A stretch of 63,938 bases of DNA, the filler included, from an uncultured Ignavibacteriales bacterium (lineage in GTDB: Bacteria > Zixibacteria > MSB-5A5 > GN15 > JAAZOE01), in assembly GCA_964611355.1 (NCBI GenBank). It is 3 parts of 3 records of this genome, joined end to end, with 100 filler letters (N's around TTAATTAATTAA, not from the genome) between each part and the next. Parts side by side here need not be neighbours in the genome. Positions count along the whole stretch, not along the records: positions 48,796 to 63,938 come from CAZSYD010000053.1; 2 more parts are not named here. The stretch is one strand, 5' to 3'. Below the pieces are notes generated by a model. The model did no database searches and was not told where the DNA came from. It saw only the letters and a list, made by a program, of their open reading frames with translations. Each line of letters begins with the position of its first letter. Position 1 is the stretch's first letter. The position numbers were made by a program, and so were the translations under genes. Of this stretch, positions 56,505 through 63,938 are shown one piece after another.

Positions 56505-58022
56505 ATGATTCAAATGAGACGGTATTGGAGAAAGATACTGCTGGCGCTTGTCGTGCTTGCCGTCATTGCGCCGCTTTTTTATTATGGAACTCCATTTTAT
56601 ACCTCCAGCCCGGATATATGTTATGTAAAGGCGAAAGTGCTTCATGTCCTGGAGGGAGATATCTTTGCCGATCCGGTGTCCGGTTATGATACCCTCCATC
56701 CGCCTCTTTATCATATATTTTTGGGGTTTTTCAAGGCTTTCGGCCCGGGGCTGGATACAATTCTGATGCTTGTGACGATTTTCAATGTATCCCTGCTCTT
56801 TGTTTTTACATTCAAGATTATTGAGTGCGTCTATGATCGGGCGATTGCCTTTCTTACATCTTTGTTGCTTCTGTTTATTGTAGAGTATATGGGGTATACC
56901 GGTATTCTTCTGGCGACGTCATTTTACTTTTCCATTTCCTTTTACCTCTGCGGCCTGTGGCTGTTTCTTAAGTCCGAAAAATCGCTGAAACTCTCTATTA
57001 TGGCTTCCGTTTTCTGGGGATTGACCTTTTTTATTTCACCCGTCTATGTATTCCTTTTGGGTTTAACATTTCTTTACGAGCTTCTGATTGCCCGCAGATA
57101 TAAAAGATTTCTGGTGATGGCGGCGGCTTTTCTTGTTACGATATCCCCTTATATAATAGAAGCCGTCCATATTTATACTTCGGATCTTTGGGGATCGGCG
57201 GTTTTCGCCTTCTGGCGGGGCGTTCCCGACGCGGCGTGGTGGAAAGGATTATGCCTTGAATTCATCTCGCCCACCAAAGGAGTCTGGCTCAGTATCCCGT
57301 CCGCAATACATATCCTTTTCCTTTTGCTGGCCGTAGCGGCAATAGTGCGGCAAAGAAAAGCCCATTGGTTTATACCGGTAGCGGCGCTGGCGTATTTTTT
57401 GACATCTTATCATTTCTCGACCCAGTACGGTATCCGGATTCACCTGTTTCTTTCGATTTTTATTGTAGCCACGGTGCTGGCCGGTCTCAAACATTACAAG
57501 ATCAATAGGCATATACTGTTATTACCGGTTCTGGTAATAACGATATTTTCCGTTTATTGGCATTACAATTCTATTTCGTTCTATTATGAAAAGGAAAAGG
57601 CCACCTTTGCCCCATTTAAAGAGTCGGGGAAAGCATTGTGGGCAAGTCTTAACCGGCATCTGGTAAAGGGCAAATATATATTTTGCACCAAGGACGTTTA
57701 TCGTTATTACATAATGACTCATTTCCCCGTCCATTCTTTGGGGGCGTACCGCACGCTGGAGTATTTTCAGCTTAATTCACGCATCGCAGAAATGCTTGAT
57801 AACGATTATCACGCGGTAATAAACAGCGCTGATTATGAATTTATAGAAAGTATCGCGGATAAATATAACATTGAAACGGCGATAGTCAGCGGCGATGACT
57901 GGGAGGCGCCGCTTTTTCAAGTTATTGCTCAACTATGGACGCCGGTTTATGAAGACGAATACTTTGTTATTTATAAAAGGCCGTGGGGGGCTGAGGGAAC
58001 TCTGCCGATACCGAGCCGCTAA
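56505..58022 (+). CDS. Multi-pass membrane protein, probable GT-C glycosyltransferase
   Basis: N-terminal loop D..Y and HPPLYH, about 11 TM helices, soluble C-terminus ending VYEDEYFVIYK. Confidence 0.65.
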   Translation: MIQMRRYWRKILLALVVLAVIAPLFYYGTPFYTSSPDICYVKAKVLHVLEGDIFADPVSGYDTLHPPLYHIFLGFFKAFGPGLDTILMLVTIFNVSLLFVFTFKIIECVYDRAIAFLTSLLLLFIVEYMGYTGILLATSFYFSISFYLCGLWLFLKSEKSLKLSIMASVFWGLTFFISPVYVFLLGLTFLYELLIARRYKRFLVMAAAFLVTISPYIIEAVHIYTSDLWGSAVFAFWRGVPDAAWWKGLCLEFISPTKGVWLSIPSAIHILFLLLAVAAIVRQRKAHWFIPVAALAYFLTSYHFSTQYGIRIHLFLSIFIVATVLAGLKHYKINRHILLLPVLVITIFSVYWHYNSISFYYEKEKATFAPFKESGKALWASLNRHLVKGKYIFCTKDVYRYYIMTHFPVHSLGAYRTLEYFQLNSRIAEMLDNDYHAVINSADYEFIESIADKYNIETAIVSGDDWEAPLFQVIAQLWTPVYEDEYFVIYKRPWGAEGTLPIPSR

Positions 58023-58030
58023 CGTCCCAG

Positions 58031-58250
58031 GTGGTAACCTGCTTATTTATGAATGGGAATGATTGTTTTCAACATTATAACCGGGAATTCGGCATTAGTC
58101 GAAAGACGGGATATAAACCGGTCAGGCAATATATAAATAAGGGATTGACGGTGTTGATATATCGTTGCCGGACACCGAATTATTATCCGAACGCAGTTCC
58201 TGCCGATATTTGAGGAGATGATTTTGTCATTGCATGTTTCTCATCCGTCT
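58031..58250 (+). pseudogene. Eroded IS481-family transposase 5' remnant
   Basis: REFGISRKTGYK...PNAV and, after a frameshift, VSHPS match the N-terminus of the intact transposase at 26167-27357. Confidence 0.75.
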
Positions 58251-58507
58251 GCCCCGCCGAAACCGCCAAGTTTCTTATTTTGGCAATCGGCCTGATGTTA
58301 TATGATCCCTATGTGCCAAACGATCCCGAATGCCGTAAAAAACTCGTAGTGCGGTGGAACAGAATGCGGCAATGATACTCGGTATTAAGGAGTTGTTTTT
58401 AAATGTGATCTATGATATCCTGTGAGCGATATAATCGGATTGATGAAAATTGATGACAGAAGATTGCCTGGCTGTATAGGACAGGCAATGCCCGAAGGGA
58501 TAAAGAG

Positions 58508-59275
58508 ATGAAAAGACTCGGACAATTAATCCGGCTGCTGATGCTTCCGGCGCTTTTAGCGCAGCCTGCGGCATCGGAAAGCGCGGCGCCGGTTGACGTC
58601 AGGGAGATCATTCGCCGGATCGACCGGTTGTATCGTTCCGAGTCGAGTTATTCCGAGCTGGAGATGGAAATAGTAACGCCGCACTGGCAGCGCACCCTGG
58701 CGATGAACGGCTGGTCTCTGGGGATGGATAAGACCTTCATCCGAATTACGTCTCCGAAGAAAGAAAATGGGGTCGCCACGTTGCGTATAGAAAATGAAAT
58801 GTGGAATTATCTGCCAAAAACTAATAAAGTGATGAAAATACCGCCCTCAATGATGATGAGCTCCTGGATGGGGTCTGACTTTACCAATGACGATCTTGTC
58901 AAGGAGTTCTCCCTGTTCGAGGACTATAACTACGAGTTGATCGAAGTCGAAGACGCCAGCAAAGATTTCATATACATTAATTGTATTCCCCGTGAGGATT
59001 TGCCGGTGGTATGGGGCAATATAGTGATTGCCGCCACAAGAGAGGACTATCTCCCGGTCTGGCAGAAGTATTACGACGAGGCGGGTAAATTGATGCGAGT
59101 GCTGAATTACAGCGACGTCAGAAAATTCGGAGACCGCACTATCCCCGCCACCATGGAAATGATTCCCCGGGCCAGAGAGGGGCACAAGACGGTTATTCGT
59201 TATCTCAAACTGGAGTTCAATCAGAAGGTCGATGACGAAGTCTTTTCATTGCGCAACCTGCGGGCCGGAAAGTAG
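58508..59275 (+). CDS. LolA-like 'outer membrane lipoprotein-sorting' periplasmic protein
   Basis: Signal peptide; MWNYLP...KIPPSMMMSSWMGSDFTNDDL; FSLRNL. Confidence 0.85.
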   Translation: MKRLGQLIRLLMLPALLAQPAASESAAPVDVREIIRRIDRLYRSESSYSELEMEIVTPHWQRTLAMNGWSLGMDKTFIRITSPKKENGVATLRIENEMWNYLPKTNKVMKIPPSMMMSSWMGSDFTNDDLVKEFSLFEDYNYELIEVEDASKDFIYINCIPREDLPVVWGNIVIAATREDYLPVWQKYYDEAGKLMRVLNYSDVRKFGDRTIPATMEMIPRAREGHKTVIRYLKLEFNQKVDDEVFSLRNLRAGK

Positions 59276-59283
59276 AAAACGCG

Positions 59284-60504
59284 GTGATGTTGACTTTCCG
59301 GATAGCCTGGCGCAATATCTTCCGGCAGAAACGACGGACGATATTGACCGTGTTGACCATGTTCGGAGGCTTTACCCTGTCGGCGATTTCAATCGGCTGG
59401 GCGGATGGTACCTATAACAGAATCATCGACATGTTCACGCGCAACAGGCTCGGTCATATCCAGGTACACGCTGAAGGCTACCTTGATAAGCCGTCGCTTT
59501 ATAAAAAGATCGACAGCTACGAGGCGGTTGGAAGGGTAATCGAGCGGACCCGGGGCGTCGAGGCCTGGGCGCCGCGACTATACTCGGCAGGGCTGGCTTC
59601 GGTCGGGGAGAAAAGTTCGGGAGTCCGGATTATCGGTATCGATCCGGAGCGTGAATCGGCGGCGACCAGGTTTGAGAAAAAAGTCATTGAAGGAAGGAGT
59701 TTTTCGCCAGACCCGTCGCACGAGGCCATCCTGGGAAAGGGCGCGGCCAAAACACTCAAAGCCGGAGTTGGCGACGAGATTGTGATCGTCTCGCAGGGCG
59801 CCGACGGGTCTATCGCCAACGATCTCTATACTATTGTCGGTATCATTGAAAGCGGCGATGCCACCGCTGATCAGAGTTCTTTCTATCTCCACCTGCAGGA
59901 TGCCCAGGAATTGCTGGTGCTTGAAGGCGCTATCCATGAGATAGTGGTTGTTGTCGATAATCTTAATCAAGTAGCGCAGACGACCATAGCGATTCGGCAA
60001 ACTCTGAACGATCCCCAACTGAAGGTTGCTCCCTGGCAGGAGTTTGCCAGATCGTTCTATGTCGCCATGCAGGCCGATAAGGAGGGCGCCTGGATTATGC
60101 TCTTTGTCATTGTCCTCATCGTGGCCGTCGGCGTACTTAACACCGTATTGATGACCGTGTTGGAACGAACTCGCGAGTATGGCGTTATGCGAGCGCTGGG
60201 AACCCGGCCGCTCCAGATTGTTCGACTGGTTCTTTACGAGGTCGCGTTGATGGCCTCTATCGGTATTGTGATCGGTTTCGGCTTGAGCCTGCTGATCAAC
60301 TATATATTGTCGCTCCACGGCATCCCCATGCCTCTAACTTTCACCTACGGCGGAATGGAGTTTACTCATTACTACGCGGAAGTGAACGCTCACAGTTTTT
60401 ATATACCGGCCATAACGGTAACGCTGTCGGCGATGATTGTAAGTATCTTTCCGGCCGCCAAAGCGGCCCGGATCGCACCGGCGCGGGCATTGCGAATGCA
60501 TTAA
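59284..60504 (+). CDS. ABC transporter permease (MacB/LolE/FtsX family)
   Basis: AWRNIFRQKRRT, large periplasmic domain, NTVLMTVLERTREYG, PARAL. Confidence 0.9.
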   Translation: MMLTFRIAWRNIFRQKRRTILTVLTMFGGFTLSAISIGWADGTYNRIIDMFTRNRLGHIQVHAEGYLDKPSLYKKIDSYEAVGRVIERTRGVEAWAPRLYSAGLASVGEKSSGVRIIGIDPERESAATRFEKKVIEGRSFSPDPSHEAILGKGAAKTLKAGVGDEIVIVSQGADGSIANDLYTIVGIIESGDATADQSSFYLHLQDAQELLVLEGAIHEIVVVVDNLNQVAQTTIAIRQTLNDPQLKVAPWQEFARSFYVAMQADKEGAWIMLFVIVLIVAVGVLNTVLMTVLERTREYGVMRALGTRPLQIVRLVLYEVALMASIGIVIGFGLSLLINYILSLHGIPMPLTFTYGGMEFTHYYAEVNAHSFYIPAITVTLSAMIVSIFPAAKAARIAPARALRMH

Positions 60505-60517
60505 CGCAAGGTAAATT

Positions 60518-61744
60518 GTGAGACTATATCTAAAACTCGCCGTGCGAAATCTCTTCCGCAACAAGCGGCGGACCTTTATTGCCGGAAGCGCCATCGGTAT
60601 AGGCTTGGCGGCCCTGATTTTTACCGACGCGCTGATAATCGGCATGAAGCAAAATATGATCGCCTCCGCTACCGAGTCATTCCTGGGCGAGGGGCAGATT
60701 CATCTTGATGATTTCCGGGAATCCTATGCCGTGGAAAAGACAATCGCCAATCGGGCGGAGGTGCTCGATCGACTCGCACGGGAAGACGCAGTCAGCCATT
60801 TTACCCGGCGCGCCATGTCTTTTGCCATGATTACTTCTCCCGCCAATCTTTCCTCGGTTACAATGGTGGGCATCGATCCTGCATCGGAGCATTATCTGTC
60901 GCAGATTGACGAAGCGATAATCGCCGGCGGTTACCTTACGGGCGAAAATCAGCGCGATCTCATCATCGGCAGCAAACTTGCCGAAATCCTGGAGGTCGAT
61001 ATCGGCAGCCGCGTGGTGTTGACGGTTGCGCAGGCCCACAGCGGCGATCTGGCGCAGGAAATGTTTCGCGTCTCGGGAATCTATCATTTTAACATCAAGG
61101 AGATGGATCGGGCCATGGCCTTTGTGTGTTTGCCGCGGGCGCAGCAGATGCTGGGAATCGGCGACGAAGTTCACGAGATTGCATTGCGTTTTACCGGCAG
61201 CGGACATGGAAGCGACCGGAGTTCCCCTTTCTGGCGGCGCTATTCGCAGGGCGGCAACGAGGCAGTAAGCTGGACCGTACTTCTGCCCGAACTGCAGGCG
61301 GCTTTCAAACTGACACAGTTTTCCACTTTCATTATCGGCCTGATTCTCTTTGGCGTGGTGGCGCTGGGGATTATCAACACCCTGTTTATGTCGCTTCACG
61401 AACGGATGTTCGAGTTCGGAGTGCTGCGAGCGGTGGGTACTCGATCGCTGGCCATGGTCAGATTGATTCTGTTTGAAGCGGGCGCACTGGCGGCTTTGAG
61501 CATTATCCTGGGCGCTGTTCTGGGTTGCCTGATTACCTACATAACCATGAAGACCGGAATTGACTATACCGGCATTGAGTTCGTAGGCGTAACTTTCAGG
61601 GAACTGCTTTACCCGGTACTTGAGCTAAAACAGTTTATCATTTATCCCTGCGCGGTTTTCCTCTTTACCATCCTGATGGGGATTTATCCCGCGCTCTTTG
61701 CGGCCAGAATGTCGCCGGCCAAAGCGATGCGCCGGAGTTTTTAG
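60518..61744 (+). CDS. ABC transporter permease (MacB/LolE/FtsX family)
   Basis: AVRNLFRNKRRT, NTLFMSLHERMFEFG, PAKAMR. Confidence 0.9.
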   Translation: MRLYLKLAVRNLFRNKRRTFIAGSAIGIGLAALIFTDALIIGMKQNMIASATESFLGEGQIHLDDFRESYAVEKTIANRAEVLDRLAREDAVSHFTRRAMSFAMITSPANLSSVTMVGIDPASEHYLSQIDEAIIAGGYLTGENQRDLIIGSKLAEILEVDIGSRVVLTVAQAHSGDLAQEMFRVSGIYHFNIKEMDRAMAFVCLPRAQQMLGIGDEVHEIALRFTGSGHGSDRSSPFWRRYSQGGNEAVSWTVLLPELQAAFKLTQFSTFIIGLILFGVVALGIINTLFMSLHERMFEFGVLRAVGTRSLAMVRLILFEAGALAALSIILGAVLGCLITYITMKTGIDYTGIEFVGVTFRELLYPVLELKQFIIYPCAVFLFTILMGIYPALFAARMSPAKAMRRSF

Positions 61745-61756
61745 GAGGATACGCGG

Positions 61757-62461
61757 ATGTCACAGGTCAATACGGAAGATTTGATCGTTACTCGGTCGGT
61801 AAGGAAAGTGTACCGGGATAACGGCGTACCGGTGGAGGCGATACGGGGTATCGACCTGACCATCAGGTGTGGGGAATTTACCGCTATTGTCGGACCCTCC
61901 GGTTCGGGCAAGACCACGTTCCTGAATATAATTTCCGGCCTTGACCTGCCCAGCGACGGCGAAGTGTGGCTGACCGGCAAAAAGCTGTCGTCTATGAGCG
62001 GCAGGGAACTCTCGGATTTTCGACGCGACCGGATCGGCTTTATCTTCCAGGCCTACAATCTGATCCCTGTATTGACGGTCGAAGAGAATGTTGAGTATAT
62101 CATGCTGCTCCAGGGTATCCCGAAAGATGAACGGCATCGACGAGTCGAGACGATCCTTACAGAGTTAGGCCTTGAGGGTTTTACCGGCCGGTTGCCGACC
62201 AAGCTCTCGGGGGGACAACAGCAGCGGGTTGCCGTCGCACGGGCCATGGTTTCCCGTCCCTCGCTGATTCTGGCCGATGAGCCAACCGCCAATCTTGACT
62301 CGCGGGCCGGCGCCGAACTGCTCGACATGATGCGCGAACTGAACGAAAAAAGCGGAATAACCTTTATCTTCTCCACACACGATAAACAGATAATGGAACG
62401 AGCCCGACGGCTGGTAACTCTCAAGGACGGTAAAATCGATAGTGACGAAACCAGAAATTGA
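61757..62461 (+). CDS. ABC transporter ATP-binding protein (LolD-like)
   Basis: GPSGSGKTT, LSGGQQQR, ILADEPTANLD, STHD. Confidence 0.95.
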   Translation: MSQVNTEDLIVTRSVRKVYRDNGVPVEAIRGIDLTIRCGEFTAIVGPSGSGKTTFLNIISGLDLPSDGEVWLTGKKLSSMSGRELSDFRRDRIGFIFQAYNLIPVLTVEENVEYIMLLQGIPKDERHRRVETILTELGLEGFTGRLPTKLSGGQQQRVAVARAMVSRPSLILADEPTANLDSRAGAELLDMMRELNEKSGITFIFSTHDKQIMERARRLVTLKDGKIDSDETRN

Positions 62462-62507
62462 GATGCAATCGCTGAATCCGGTAACTCAGGAAAAAATATC
62501 GAAGAAT

Positions 62508-63785
62508 ATGAAGCGGTTAAGTGTCCTTTTGGTGGCCGTTGTTTATATGATCTGCCGGCCGGGGAGCATTTCGGCCTCTGATCAGATTTCCATCAACGGT
62601 TATTACAAGAACTACTTTACGGCCATTGACAGACCAAGCATTAAGAACCTGCCCGATACGCCGGATCAACCGCTAACCGGCGCCGTCAACAACCGACTAA
62701 GGCTTAACCTGCTTGGCCGCGCCAGTAAGCGGCTGTCGCTGACCCTGGCCTATGATTTTTCTCCCCGAGTACAGGACGCCTCTCTTTTTGACGAGCAGCC
62801 GCTGTCCATGGACTTCAACCCGCCGGTCTATCGCGCCGTCGATCTTGATTCCCGACTTTATCCCGACGAGGATGATCCGGTCGGCAGCTTTGCCGTTTTT
62901 CACAACACGGATCGCGCCTATTTTACTATAAGCTGCAACTTGGCCGATATTTACCTTGGAAGACAGGCAATTGCCTGGGGATCGGCGCGGGTAATTAATC
63001 CCACCGATATCTTTACGCCTTATGCGTTCAATGAACTGGATGTGGAAGACCGCCCCGGAATAGATGCGATCAGGATACGGGTACCGATCGGTTTTATGGG
63101 CGAGATCGACGCAGGTTACATCTTCGGGGACGATTTCGAATTTGATAACAGCGCGATGTTTCTGCGAAGCAGGTTCTATTATCGCCGCACCGACATTGCG
63201 CTGATTGTGGTCGGGTTTCGGGAAAATCTCCTGATGGGATTTGATTTGACTCGCTCCATCGGCGGAGCGGGATTCTGGGTGGAAGGAGGCTATGTCATCG
63301 TCGATGCCCTTGACGGCGAAGGGCGCGACAGCGGTAAGGATTATTTCCGCAGCAGCGTGGGCCTCGACTACAGCCTGAGGGACGGCACCTACTTATTCGT
63401 TGAGTATCACTTCAATCAGGCAGGGGCAAGTGAACCGAATAAGTACCTGCCGAGATCAGAAGAAGCCACTTACAAATCCGCCACGGCGGATGTTTATCTC
63501 TTGGGCAAGCATTACTTGGCGCCCGGAATCTCATATCAGGCAACTCCGCTGATTATTATTTCCGGCCAAGCGTTGATTAATCTTGCCGACCCCTCGCTTC
63601 TTCTGGCCCCGCAGGCCGAATACAATATCGCTCAGGATATCTATCTGTCGGCGGGCGCTTACCTGGGATTGGGAAAAAGTCCGATTTTCGAGATTGACCG
63701 GAGCCACGGCCCCATTTTGCGGCTTCGTTCCGAATTCGGCGGTTATCCTGATTTCATCTTCACTTCTTTTCGTGTTTATTTCTGA
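62508..63785 (+). CDS. Outer-membrane beta-barrel associated with the LolA-like/ABC cluster
   Basis: Signal peptide MKRLSVLL, DRAYF, GRQAIAWG...NPTD, terminal FRVYF. Confidence 0.75.
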   Translation: MKRLSVLLVAVVYMICRPGSISASDQISINGYYKNYFTAIDRPSIKNLPDTPDQPLTGAVNNRLRLNLLGRASKRLSLTLAYDFSPRVQDASLFDEQPLSMDFNPPVYRAVDLDSRLYPDEDDPVGSFAVFHNTDRAYFTISCNLADIYLGRQAIAWGSARVINPTDIFTPYAFNELDVEDRPGIDAIRIRVPIGFMGEIDAGYIFGDDFEFDNSAMFLRSRFYYRRTDIALIVVGFRENLLMGFDLTRSIGGAGFWVEGGYVIVDALDGEGRDSGKDYFRSSVGLDYSLRDGTYLFVEYHFNQAGASEPNKYLPRSEEATYKSATADVYLLGKHYLAPGISYQATPLIIISGQALINLADPSLLLAPQAEYNIAQDIYLSAGAYLGLGKSPIFEIDRSHGPILRLRSEFGGYPDFIFTSFRVYF

Positions 63786-63938
63786 CATCAACGCCATCCG
63801 GCGAACAACATATATGGGAGCTGACGGGTAACCTCTCGCTCAAGGGCATGGGATTATTATCCGATAGAATCAAAAGGTTTGACGCTGTTCCCGCAAAGTG
63901 ATAATGTCCTATTTAAGCAAAGTAGAAATATCCTGTTG

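Overview
Bacterial draft-genome sequence made of three contigs joined by two synthetic 100-nt spacers (N44-TTAATTAATTAA-N44 at 24462-24561 and 48696-48795), so gene order across the spacers is not guaranteed. The gene content suggests an anaerobic diderm from the FCB superphylum, e.g. Zixibacteria/KSB1/Calditrichota-like (inference from a PorV-family barrel, C-terminal sorting-domain proteins, a TonB-dependent receptor and hypAB). Contig 1 is mostly housekeeping: a partial papain-family protease missed by the ORF track, lpdA with an apparent ATC start, a polyamine operon (XRE-cupin regulator, speD, ornithine/lysine decarboxylase, speE), ETF-QO, ispH, pdxST, Rrf2, a lysine-6/saccharopine dehydrogenase, a polyprenyl synthase, mazG, valS and a GT87. 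Contig 2 opens with a tRNA-Glu att-like scar. It then carries hypBA, an IS481, a hybrid sensor kinase lacking both phospho-histidines, a TudS/DUF1722 protein, an exported RelA/SpoT-like + putative ART-like protein, a porin, a TonB receptor/CTD protein/PorV operon with a GGA-rich leader, and tsaA. It ends in an AT-rich mosaic island (IS21 and IS3 fragments cut at REP-like hairpin repeats, response regulator, degenerate FolE2, and an MFS/methyltransferase/NifX-like/ThrRS-editing-domain cassette). Contig 3 opens with an IS3-type end and a tRNA-Ser att-like scar, followed by envelope genes (HEAT-cyclophilin, CTD protein, RmlA-like, GT-C, LolA-like/ABC/beta-barrel cluster). No CRISPR array, rRNA or complete tRNA was recognised. 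All family calls are from motifs read by eye, not database searches.
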